A stretch of DNA of 62,274 nucleotides, counting the filler, from Platydemus manokwari (lineage: Eukaryota): the NCBI GenBank assembly GCA_037951405.1. It is 6 parts of 6 records of this genome, joined end to end, with 100 filler letters (N's around TTAATTAATTAA, not from the genome) between each part and the next. Parts side by side here need not be neighbours in the genome. Positions count along the whole stretch, not along the records: positions 21,330 to 34,458 come from JBBMOY011832500.1; positions 34,559 to 43,463 come from JBBMOY011331983.1; 4 more parts are not named here. One strand, written 5' to 3'. The position numbers and the translations under genes were made by a program. This document shows, piece after piece, positions 27,619 to 39,802 of the stretch. The notes beneath the pieces were generated by a model. It made no database searches. It was given only the letters and a program-made list of their open reading frames with translations, and was not told the DNA's origin. The stretch's first letter is position 1, and every line of letters begins with the position of its first letter.

Positions 27619-29379
27619 CTAGATGAGAGTAAAGTCTTCAATACCATTGGGAGGCTGAATCCAATTCAGTTTGTGCCAACTGGTGTTTTCTGCATCAACA
27701 ATATGCCATGTATAAATATCTCTCGGTTTATTCGATGTATTGGGAAGGCTCTTGTGCATTACGTATCCGTGAATGAGAACTAAAGAACCTTTGGAAACTT
27801 CCAGAGGCACATATTTCTCATGTTCGAATTGTGGATAACTTGGTGATAACTTAGTAGCAAATTCTCCAATCGATGGATCCCTGACAAATCGTACATTGTT
27901 AAATAATCCCTGTTTATGCGATCCAGGAATAGCCCAAAGGCAGCCATTTTCTACAGTTGTATCTTCTAAGGCAATCCAGAAGCCTAAAATTCGACATTCC
28001 GGTTCAGTCCAGAGAAATGTTGCGTCTTGATGAGGTGTTACAGCAGAACCTTTCCAGTATATTATATAAATAAAATATTAATCATTATTTAAAGTACCAA
28101 TCTTTGGACTTTTGAATATGTACATACTCTGGCAAATAGCAGGCTTCCTGATTCCAAGTTGATGACAAATGGTTTTAACAGAATTATCAAATGAAACCTC
28201 CTTAAAAGGTTCCAAAAGATTGTGGAGATTGTGTCCAACTTTATTGATTTTCTTGTTTTCATTTGAAACCGGTTCATTTGAGTTTTTAACTGTATCTAGT
28301 TCCAGGAAAAATCGAACTTTATCCCAACTTTCAAAGAAATATTGATCATGTAACTCTTTTAAACTGACACCCTTTTCAGTACACGTAAAAATCTGAATAA
28401 TTATAATATTTACAATTCTAAATATAAATTATAATATATTTATGAATATTTATCTGTTTTATTCTAGCGATTTATCGGTTATCTAGCAAATCATAAAACA
28501 TAGAGAATTATAATAATATCCTAAATTGTTTAGAAAACTATTAATTTTGACAATAATGATAATAATTATGAACTGGACAGGTAGCTGGAGATTTTATTGG
28601 AATAGTTTTTGTGTTACAAAATATCTAAATTCTTTCGTAATTTTAAACTTTCATAAGTTCATTCAAAATGAATTTAAGACAACAGTAAATGCAACTATTT
28701 CGATAATCAGAAATATTTCATGATGCGAAGGATCTATGAAAATATTTTGAATAAAATTATGAATGATGAAAAATCTAATCAGACATGGAAAATTTTTAAG
28801 AAAACACAATTGAATATAAAATAGATAATGTAGCATTAAGTATAATAACTCTTTCCAAAGCGTTATAATAGAGGAAATTTGAACAATAACTTATTAATAT
28901 GCCTTTGTTTACTGGAAGTCGGAGATTGAAAGAAACTGGCAAATCCAGATTTCATATAGTTCAGTTGAATGTTCTTCGAGTATTGACCGACCAGCTAGAT
29001 TAGTAGGTCCGACTTCTAGAAAACCAAAGCTTCTAATATTATTAATCAACATCTAATGAGATTATATGCGTTTATCCACTTATTTTATAAAAGAAATCCA
29101 CAAAAAATTATTCAGTAATATAACTACTGTAAATCAATCGTAAATCAAAGATAATGCCAAACGACAATTAATTTTCTTCGAATAAATATTTTATATTTCA
29201 AACCGTATCAAGTCCAAACTTACATGATTGAAATTCGTAAAATCATAGCTTTCAATGACTCTATTAATTTCTTTCTTCAATCCATCTATCTGATGTGCGT
29301 CTAAATAATTTTCCAACACCAAATAACCATTTTCATTGAAAAGGTTGATTTCATTTTCGGACAATTCAAGACGACCCAT
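27619..29379 (-). CDS. PHYHD1: Phytanoyl-CoA dioxygenase domain-containing protein 1 (2OG-Fe(II) oxygenase), 293 aa. Exons 29379-29224, 28392-28098, 28049-27619
   Basis: The spliced protein contains [88 protein letters not shown] and GSLVLIHGYVMHKSLPNTSNKPRDIYTWH, giving the HxD...H iron triad and the 2OG-binding Arg. GT-AG introns are 831 and 48 nt. Confidence 0.95.
28912..29019. repeat. 108-bp element bounded by a 12-bp inverted repeat inside PHYHD1 intron 1 (MITE-like)
   Basis: CTGGAAGTCGGA ... TCCGACTTCTAG (11/12 complementary), richer in GC than its flanks. Confidence 0.45.
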
Positions 29380-29998
29380 GAATTGTAAATTATTATAGAA
29401 AAGTTTTTAAAGTCCTATTTGAATTTATGTTTTATCTAATCAATCTAGTCATATTTAACATAAATATTATTTTTGTACAATTTAGAAATCAAAGTTCAAT
29501 AACCTCGAAAGTCATTGGGTGGCATATCAATTATCGGAACTTCATCGGAGCTCATACGAAAGGAAATTTACAATTTGATATTCGTTAATAAATTGTTATG
29601 TAAATAAATAAGTCAATATTACTATAGAAATTCTGCCATCATATAATTGATATTCAATCCTATCGGAATATATCTCATATTTCATTCTAAATTTTTTCTG
29701 ATTTATGTGACTGTCCCACTATCGGAATGTTGGTTAAATATTCAATGTATTTATTTTATAACTTCACTCAATTAAACTTTAATAAATAGAAAATAAATCT
29801 CCCATGGCTATTGTTATAATAGTGTCGACATTCATAATGGTTTTGTTTTCATTTTCTACCTATATCCCAATTAAACTCAACTCGAGTTCACTTTATTATT
29901 CCTCAAATATAATATTCATGTTACTAGTATTTTAAAACGAAAATAATCTGAAAATAATATATTTTAGCAAAATTTTGTTAAATAGAATATATTTAATC

Positions 29999-31375
29999 GG
30001 CTTAACTTAAGAATAAGGATCCTTTGACCTAATTTTAATATTATAATATTTTAATGAAATTTATACATAAAATTCAATCTTAGGTTAAAAAATGAAAAGC
30101 AATTATAACGATACTTAGATATTATGGATCATGGCATCACAAACTTTCAATTAAATAAAAGTATTATTAAAATTTAAATATAAATTTTAAATATAAAATA
30201 TAAAAATTGTTCCTATTGTCGATGCGATTCGGTTGAGGACTAGAAATAAGAAGCAGTACTTTCTTACTGTATTTCCCCAGTCTTTGAACAATTCAAATAC
30301 TATGTTTTCGAGGTCAGCTATTATATTGGGCCCTCCAAAATAGGTCTCATCAATTTATACGACAATATTTAAGCCTCCAACTATTTTTCTATGCCAAGCT
30401 ATTTCTCTATAGTAGTGGAATCTACAAATTTTGTAACTTAATAAATAAATTTAAATTCTAGGTTTTATTTGAATAAAAATTGTGCCGATTTGCTGATTGT
30501 TAGTTTGCTTATGCTAATACACTTTTTGTGTAAATCCCGTGCACCACAAATACCTTAATCAGAATTTCGAAAAGGAACAGGACCAAATTTTGGAACCAAG
30601 TCCTTATTCGAATTCTGAAACATCTTATCTATTTGTGGTATTTCCACCTGTACTATTTATTTGATTTGTATGAATCTTTCTTTCATTACAACATCAACAT
30701 GTTTTGAATCTATCTATCCAATCTATTATATATATATATACTTATTTTGAGATAAAACGCAAGTACATTGTTTCTAGAACTTCGCAATTGTTTGGTAATA
30801 ATCAATGTCAAAACTCCTGACTACAAAATAACGTATATTAATCAATATACAACCACAATAATCAATATACAACTACAGTGTATTCACCTAAATCTGGCTT
30901 TCAACTGGCAGTTGTCCATTTTTACATTGAATTTTTTACTCGCGATCTGTCTGTATTTCTCTGTGTCATGTTCTATTACAATTTGATTTGGTGTTTGTTT
31001 TTCTGTGTTTTTATTGGGTTTTTATGGATTGGTGCCAAAACAAGGGTTCCAATGTGTAATTTCGTTTTTATTTTTGCAGGATTTCATCTCACTCAACACA
31101 ATGATTTCCAAATCAATTTTTTAAAATAACATTTCTAAAAAGTATGCTTATAATTTTCAATAAATTGGATTTTGACCTGTTTTGACTTGATTTTCAAATA
31201 ATTAATTTTTACTAGATTTTCAAAATTCTGTGTACATAATATTTGATAATAAACAACTAAAAATATTCTCAAATAATTAAATAAAAAATTCGAACAGTTT
31301 TTAAAGAATTTATTTAAATGAACTATACCGATTTTTGCATTACACACCACAAATTTAAAATCTCTCTGAATTAGC
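29999..31375 (-). mobile_element. Decayed Merlin (IS1016/IS1595-like) DNA transposon with transposase pseudogene (~30710-30207)
   Basis: Minus-strand peptides in order: KTC*CCN, YRW, RTWFQNLVLFLFEILI, RYLWCTGFTQK, KIVGGLNIVV*IDETYFG, RAQYNS, KYCFLFLVLNRIAST. Compare Merlin GTWFE...LxxILL..YLW, KIGGPGxIVEIDESKFGKRKYNRG and CFLVPVPNRTAETL. A TIR GGCTTAACTTAAGAATAAGGATCCT starts at 29999, and 31240-31360 matches the other end of the MITE copies. Confidence 0.85.
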
Positions 31376-33116
31376 AAACTATTTATTAGATAAATTAAAT
31401 CTTTCTATATATTCTGAAATCACTGACGTGATTAATTCAAACAATTTTTTCTTGTGTTCATTGCAGTGAAATAATATATGAGAATGATTAATTTCTATAA
31501 AATAGTTTTCAGACTTCAAAAAGAATTTTCTGAGCAATTTAAAATTCCAATAAAAATTAAACAACATCGCTATTATGAATATTAACGAAGATTGTGAATT
31601 AAATAATTTAAAAACTCAGAATCTAGTCGTGTTTTTATTGTCTTATAACTAATTAGTCTTTTATTCATAATTTCTTAGACGTGTCTAATTATTATAATTG
31701 AATTGGCTTGTTCAAGTTTAATTTATAGTCAAGGCAGAAATCCTTTTATTGTCATTTTATCTTTCCAGTTTGTTTTTGTAATATATTTTTATGGTTTACT
31801 GGTTTGTTATTTTCATTTAATTAGAAATTATGTTTTAGTTTATCCATCAAATAATAAAATTCTACTGGTCGCAAGTTGAAATGATCACCATATTGATCAT
31901 TCAAAAATTTTCCTCTTAAAACTCAGAGGGTAAATGATACAAGATTTCTTCCAGTTAACATTATAGATTACATTGATATTTATAAGTTGTAAGAGACTGC
32001 TATTTTATAAAGCACGCATGGAAAACCAATTAAAAAGTCACGACATCAATTTATATTTTAATTACATTTATTCAAAAAATAAATATTAAAAAAAATTCAT
32101 TAAATATTAAAATAAATATAAAATTGATGTTGATAATCTATAAGGTTAGGAAACATCTCGGTTAAAAGGGAAATGTTACAATCTTTTATCTATTGCGGAA
32201 TCGTCCTTGTTATTATGCACAGGGGAATTGATACAATTTATTATAGCATACATAAGGATTTATTGAATCCGACATAACAGTTTTCAGTTCATACTCAAAG
32301 TAGTTTTCAATCAGGAATATTACTGCCATAGAATAAATCTTTAAAACTAAATCGGACACCACGTTCAAAAATTATGAAAATCCCAAATAAATAGATTTCA
32401 GGACAGTTTTTAATGAATAAATTACTCGTAATAGAAACATTGATAATCTTTGACAGGTTTGACAATAGGAAAAATATTGTCTTCTTTATAAATTGTCTTT
32501 GTTTCTCGAGTATTGGAGATACTATTCGAATCGTAAGTTTTTTAACTCAAAAATTTCGAGAATGCCGTACTTCATTCTGTTTAACCCCAACAAATAACTA
32601 TTTATCTCGTGTTAATTATTCATTGCTTAATTGCACAATTTAATTCTAAAAATAACTACTACTAAAAAAAACTACTTCTAAAATAAGGTAGTTGGTGCTA
32701 AACTCCAACCGACTCTACTTCAGAGCCTAATGCATGCTGTTAGGGCAACAGTGGTGATGGTGCCCTCTCCAGATATCATACGCGTAGAATAAAGGTAATA
32801 AAGGAAATTATGGAACAAAGGATATGTGTAAAGGACATTAAGGTTATACACTTGTCAGATCAATAAATCACTAAAAGACAATTCAATGAAATATAATCAA
32901 TCAAAATAGCCAATACACACGCTTAAGAACTCATTGCAAAAAAACAAAAGAAACAATAATAATAAATAAAATACAAGATAGTTGGTTCAAATAAGATAGT
33001 TTTCAAAGAGCACAGAATAAAAGATAATTACCGATTCAATAAGAATAATCACTCAAAAGATCACACAAAAGTTAACGACCTAGAAAAACTAGTATAATCG
33101 AGTTTTTATTAATAAA

Positions 33117-34187
33117 TATTGGTTTTTGCATAAAAACGTGCGATTTTATTTGCTGCAGAAGCCAACGGAACGATTTGTTGCATTAATGGAGAAAAGGCAG
33201 TTAGTGAACGAACAGCACAAAAGCGATTTCGAAAATTAACAGTGAATATATTTATTTAAATTATGCACTTTGGTTAGGCCGCACTAGTGACTTTTATTAA
33301 GACTGTTTGATTCATGATGATCCGCGTCAAATGGACAAGCCACAGATTGTGATCACTGCACTATTTCACGACATCTCACGTAAATGGGAAAAGTTCAATA
33401 TCTTGGATCATGGGTACCTCACCTTCTCAAAGAAAGTCACAAAAATTCACATGTTTCGATTTCTGGAGCTCTACTCGTTTGCTATCAATCTACTATGCAG
33501 TAACATCAACATTTTCTTTCCTGGGTCGTAACAGGTAATGACAATATAAATTTGAGACACGAAGAAGCTTAGGTAAGTCCTCAAAAGCAACCACAACCAT
33601 TTGCTAAACCCGAAGTTGAATAACGGAAAAATCTTGCTGTGTGTTTGGTGGGACCAAGTTTATTTTATTCATTACGAAATCTTGACAAAAAACAAAATAA
33701 TCAAGGCCGAACTTAATTGTGAACAATTCAAGCGAGTAAACACTACAATCAAAGTGAAGAGGACCGAAAAGAAGCAGATAATTTTACAGCATGACAATGC
33801 TTGGCCTCATATCGTCACATTGACAAAGTTGGTTATTGAAGAGCTTGGCTGGGAAGTTCTTCTCCATCCTCCACATTCGCCCGACTTACGCCCAACAAAT
33901 TTTCACCTTTTCACCTCGATGTCAAACCATCTTCCTGGTCTCACATTTGAAAACGAAGAAGAAATAACAACGTGGATTGAAGAATTTTTCGACCAAAAGT
34001 CACCAAGCTTCTTCAAACGTGGGATTGACAAACTATCAGAACGGTGGAAGGAAGTGATCGATTGTGGCGGAGAATATCTCACCGATTGAGACTGAGATAT
34101 TTGTTTTTTCTAACGATTTCAAAATTTCATTTTGTTATCTTGAATTTTTTGTAAGGTTTTTATTCTTGATCAGTATACATTTTTCAT
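33117..34187 (+). mobile_element. Defective mariner element, copy A (5' TIR, internal deletion, 3' TIR missing)
   Basis: TA-TTGGTTTTTGCATAAAAACGTGCGATTTTATT end at 33117. The residual frame 33601-34089 has LLCVWWD, ILQHDNAWPH, LGWEVLLHPPHSPDLRPTNFHLF and FFKRGIDKLSERWKEVIDCGGEY. The 3' UTR matches copy B. Confidence 0.93.
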
Positions 34188-34458
34188 AATTGTGAAAAAT
34201 TGAGTATATGTTTTTGTTTTGAATTTCTTGAATATATTATAGCATCGCACTGTAAGCATTGAGTTATCTTAAACATGAGTTATCTTATCAACATGAGACT
34301 ATTGTTTTTGTGATTTTGAAAGTGATAACAATGACACCAAGAATATGACGATTTTACATTACTGGATAATCTACTAAACTTAGAGCCATATGACATTTGT
34401 ATAGAAATATTATTAGTGGTCATCTACAGTTGATATGTGATAACTCGCTCACAGTATA

Positions 34459-34558
34459 NNNNNNNNNNNNNNNNNNNNNNNNNNNNNNNNNNNNNNNNNN
34501 NNTTAATTAATTAANNNNNNNNNNNNNNNNNNNNNNNNNNNNNNNNNNNNNNNNNNNN
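34459..34558. other. Artificial contig spacer
   Basis: N44-TTAATTAATTAA-N44. Confidence 0.97.
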
Positions 34559-34750
34559 TGATAAAATTGATAACTATTATTATAACATTTATTATATATG
34601 GTTTTACAATATCAGAAAATGTTATAATTGAAGCGAAAAACTACGAAATCTTTTAATTAATTGCGACTTGCTTTGTTTATTAACATATCTTCATATTTAA
34701 AACTTTAGTAATTGTTACGAAAATACTATTTATAAATGAATTTATTTCAG

Positions 34751-35180
34751 ATTCGATATTAAATAATTCATGGAATGATCAAGGAATACATTCCATGGCA
34801 GTACATCCCACTCTACCTTTAGTTTTCTCTGGTCATGAAGATCATTATTTGCGAACAGTAGATCTCAGAACTAATTCCATGGTACATTCTATGGTTGTAC
34901 ATCAGGAACCTGTGTCATGCGTCGATATTGACAAAAATGGCATTTACTTAATTACTGGAAGTAATGTCATATATATATTTACTCCAAACTGAATTTAAAA
35001 AAAAATATAGGTCATGATGGATCACTCAGAATGTGGGATATGGAGAAAAAATCATGCATCCAAGAGATTGCAAGTCATAGAATTAAAAATAACGAATCTG
35101 TTCATGCTGTTTCTTTTCATTCTCAAATGCCATTTATAGGTAGTTGTGGTGCAGATGGAATTGTGAAAATATATTCATAG
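34751..35180 (+). CDS. STRN: Striatin-family WD40 protein (STRIPAK scaffold), last two exons only: 34751-34960 and 35011-35180
   Basis: HPTLPLVFSGHEDHYLRTVDLRTNSMVHSMVVHQEPVSCVDIDKNGIYLITGS/HDGSLRMWDMEKKSCIQEIASHRIKNNESVHAVSFHSQMPFIGSCGADGIVKIYS* matches the striatin C-terminus (HPTLP..TAHEDRHI...IHSMVAH..NGIYLMSGSHDCSIRLW..CVQEITAHRKK.DES..AGADALAKVFV). One 50-nt GT-AG intron. Confidence 0.93.
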
Positions 35181-36684
35181 ATTTTTTATAATTAATTGTG
35201 ATTAATAAATAAATAATTTCGAGAAATATATACGTGCTCGGTTTTTATGTCTTAAATGCATATATTTCGATGTAGATGTTTCATCTTAGTTTTTAATTTT
35301 AATCTGCATATGGTGGCGTTTTGTACCTATGTCGATTTATTTAGCTTTAAAAATTTTCGTAGCAAAACTAGTTCATTGAATGTGTAAATAGACGCTATTT
35401 TTGAAAATGGTTTTATTGTTTGAAAATTTTAATATTTTGGTACCATGGTTTATAAATTTGTTTTTCAAATAATTATAAATTTCCTGTTGGTTTAACAGCG
35501 TGTAATTATTTATATTTAATTGGTATGTATTAGCTGGAATATTTTATTAAACACCTGAATTGAAAGTTTATTAACTGTCATAACATCTTCAATTCTCTGA
35601 ACATGAAGTAAAAACAAATTTAGAGAACAATATATTTTAAAAGTATTATAAACACCTGTGATTATTCTTTAGTGTATATAAAATCATTAAATAATTTAAA
35701 CTGGATTTTATAGAAATGTTTAACTAGTACATCGGAAAGTGATTTTGTAACATCAAATTAAATGACTTAATGATTTTAACAACTTCTGAGACTATTATAT
35801 AATTCAAATAATTTCAAACTTTCCAAATTTCTCACACCTTTGTTCTAATGAAATTTAATTCTGTATTAATTATTATTTTCATTAATGAAAAATTATTCAA
35901 ATAAATGCAGTCTTTATATGAATATTAAAACAAATATAAATTGTAAACATAAGAAGTTAAATTGGTCATTTGAGCACCAAAGAATAGTTCGGGAAATATA
36001 ATAATAGTTTTAATAGTTTTGCTATAAATTCTTACTTGGACCAAATAAATATTCCTGATTGTCGAATTATCACTAACACTTAAATTATGAATTAAGGTTG
36101 TCTAAATCACATCGGAAATGTGATAATTATAATCAAGTAAACATTGATAATAATTTTATAAATCAAAACCAACTTCAACTTCTTTGATTCTGTTGTTAGC
36201 TTTCTAAATACTCGATAATCCACTTAGTTCAGTCAAATCACAATCACAACACTAAAGCCAATGAAGATAATTTCATTGTATTCAGTACTAGTTTACAAAA
36301 AACATCTAATGTGAATTTTGTGTATACCGTTACTTATTTTTAACCATTAATTATTATTTTCCACTATCAATATCAGAATAAATACAATTATATTGTCAAA
36401 TGCAATGATGATCGAAAAATATATGACGTTGATAAACAGTCCTTTTTTAATATTATTAATAATACAGTGATCAGAAATGTATTTAATTTTATAAAAACAT
36501 TACTAGTTCGTAATAAAATATACGAACATTTTTAACCTATACAATAATAATATGAATAGAAAGTTGTATATCACTTCGAATGCAAAAGGGCCACTTAAAA
36601 TATTGATATAATAACATGGTCCGAATCCTAGCAAGAATTTATATCAGTAGAAATCGATTTTGGAAGATTTTATTTAAGAAAAAA

Positions 36685-37852
36685 TATTGGATTGGTGCAT
36701 AAGCTCGTGCTGTTTATTACCAAAATGAAAAATGCATACTGATTAAGAATAAAAACCATGGAAAAAATTCCAGATAACAAAATGAATTTATGAAATCATT
36801 AGAAAAAAACAAATATCTCAGTCTCAATCGGTGAGATATTCTCCGCCATAATCAATCACTTCCTTCCACCGTTTTGGAAGTTTGTCGATCCCACGTTTGA
36901 AGAAGCTTAGTGATTTTTGGTCGAAGAATTCTTCAATTCACGTGGTTATTGCTTCTTCATTTTTAAAAGTAAGACCAGAAATATGGTTCAAAATGGAGCA
37001 GAAAAGATAAAAATCTGTTGAGGTTCTTTAAAAGCCAACTTTGTCATTGTGGCGACATAAAGTTGGGCATTGTTACAATAAAGTTCGAGATTGTTTGTTT
37101 AATTTCTTAGCAAGATTTTGTGATGAATAACACCAACTTGGTCCAATCAAACGGACAACAAGATTTTGCATTGGTGAACTTCGAGTTTCGCATGTGGTTG
37201 TGGTTGCTTTTGAGGACTTACCAAAGCTTTATTGTGTTTCAAATTTACAAACAGGCACCATTTCTCATTACCTGTTACGACCATGTGAAGGAAAGATCGA
37301 TGTTTCTGAACACCAGATTGATGGCAAACGAGTAAAGATGCAGAAATCGAAACACATTGATTTTTGTGACTTTCTTTGAGAAGGTGATGTATTCATGATT
37401 CAAGCTTTTGAACTTTTACCATTTTCTTGAGATGTAGAGAAATAATGATGTGACTATTATACATAGCTTGTCCATGCTTTCGTGAATCAATTAGTTCGAA
37501 CAGTCTTCATCAAAGTCATTAGGTCGGCCTGATTAAATCGGCAATGTTTAAATCAAATTTCCGCTGTTAAATTTCGAAAACCACTTTTGTGCTGTTCGTT
37601 CAGTGACTATCTTTTTTTTCCATAAAGCGTTTAAATATTGATTAAAATAGAAAAGGAGTAGATGCCGGAAATTTTCGTTTTTACCTACTTGACACTCCAT
37701 TTTAATGATGGTAGTGAAAGTGAAAGTTAGTCTTAAATGATTTAAAAGGATAATTCGGCTGAATGAATACAACTCAAGCCAGTTAAAACAAGAAGTTGAG
37801 GTGTTTTCGTTGCAACAAATAAAACCGCACAAATTTATGCACCATTCCAATA
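36685..37852 (-). mobile_element. Defective mariner element, copy B, with both TIRs and TA duplication (mellifera-like)
   Basis: TA-TTGGATTGGTGCATAAGCTCGTGCTGTTTATT (from 36685) and TA-TTGGAATGGTGCATAAATTTGTGCGGTTTTATT (reverse, from 37852). Transposase start MECQVGKNENFRHLLLFYFNQ...TERTAQKWFSKF; frameshifts and deletions follow. Same family as copy A. Confidence 0.93.
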
Positions 37853-39721
37853 GTTCCGAAAAAATAAATGATTTAACTTTAATTCCAATAATTGAAGAAT
37901 TATGAGCAAAAAAGGAAATTTTAATCTTTACAGTGTTACGTCCAGGCTTTATTGCTCGATATTTTGTTCAATATGATTGCTATTATATTGTTTATTGTTT
38001 AGTCGATGACTTTATTGTTGAATTGTCTTAATCAGCCTCGAGTTGGGTAAAGATCTCGAGTGTAATGTGATAATGCGAAGACTATATAATAGTTAATAAT
38101 AACTACTTTATAAACCCTATTGAAGCTTCAACTCATAGCTTGCAGTGAGGTCTTTTTGGCACTTATTTTTTCATTTAAATGTTATAGTTAAAATTAACAG
38201 CATTGAAAGCGGACTTTAATATTAACAAAATTCTATTGTAGCTGAAAAGGTAGTGAAATGAAAGTGCATTTTTATTAATTGTATTAATTATTGTGAAAAT
38301 AAAATGAACCAAATGAAATGATCCTATTTAATGGGTATTATACAAGTGATTTAACGAAATTTATTATAAATGCTGCTAGGCTTGATATGTCAATGAATGT
38401 TACAAATTTTCTATGTAACGCTTTGATACCCTGGATATATGAAACAATGAATGAGGCATTAAGTGCGACATTCATTCCAATTTAGCCAGCACGAAATCAT
38501 CAGACAATCCTTACACAAACAAGCTTATTGGACTACATTTTACAATTGTATCAATCTCCATGGAGAGATTGGTTGCAAGATTTTAATCAAATAGCTACTA
38601 AATAGTTAGAATTTGCAGATCTTATGAGAAAGTTTCCTTTGTTTTCTTTGCAGAGAAGTGGCACTTCGTTCTCTCCGCTAACTGTTCAACACCTTTAGGA
38701 CATCACAGCTTTTGTCTGTCTAGCTACACAATAGTAAATATTTATCATATCAAATATGTTATTTTATCTTAATGTGTTATTCTATTATCGTTATTATATG
38801 CACAGAACTACTAATCTGTTTGGAGTTGCATATTGGTGGTAATGTTGAGTCTGGCTGATGTAGAGCACAACGATACTCGTAACTAATCAATCTAATCTGA
38901 TAATCTAAATAGCAAGTTCATCACCAAGATTTATTATTTAATACAATGTACAAACTCTCTGCACAACCAGAGCAGCCCTTAAATTAAAAGCGGATAGAGT
39001 TCGGATATCACTTGATAATACGGGTAGATGAACTATTTCTGGTCTTACTTTGAAGTGCGTGCATCCCAGTATGACAAAAATAATACCAACTTTCGTAAAT
39101 ATTTTACGGATATTCGAGATTACAGTAATGTAATTTCTTAAACAATAACAAATTAGTTAAAGCAATTTTCATTACGAGATTTTATTTAATGAACTTATTT
39201 CCCTTTGAAGTTAATTTCCAATAAATTTGTTACATAAATACAAAACCAATAAAATTTTACGCTATAATAAAAATACAATTCTCCAAATAAAATAACAGAC
39301 AAAATAAAAATCACTAAATCATTTTCCAGTTAATAAAAATTATCACGCTATTTTTCTTAACCAATTATACTTTAATAGATGGATACAATTTTGACTGTTA
39401 TATATGAAAAATAAAAATACACAAATCGTACCGTGAATTTTCGTCAAATGCTAATAGTTAATAAAATTGACGGATTTCCAATCCCAACAACGGAAACTTA
39501 TTCCGATTTCTATATTATATCATTTTGGAAATTAAAATCTCAACATATTCCTTTGTTCCCCTTTACCAGGGGCTTTTTGATCTTATTTTAGCACTCGACA
39601 CTGTTTTTATTTTTATACTACACATTGTTAACATAAAAAATCTTTGTAAATTTATATTGAAAAATTAATATTTGTATTTGTTGTCATATACATTTATGTG
39701 TCATTATTCACCTTATTTTCA

Positions 39722-39723
<2 letters not shown>

Positions 39724-39800
<77 letters not shown>
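39724..39800. repeat. (TTA)n microsatellite
   Basis: About 25 perfect trinucleotide units. Confidence 0.95.

Positions 39801-39802
<2 letters not shown>

Noticed and set aside
32457-32532. Possible striatin WD40 exon (INCLCFSSIGDTIRI) with AG/GT borders
   Set aside because: It has only a superficial WD-like look, does not align with striatin, and has no neighbouring exons.
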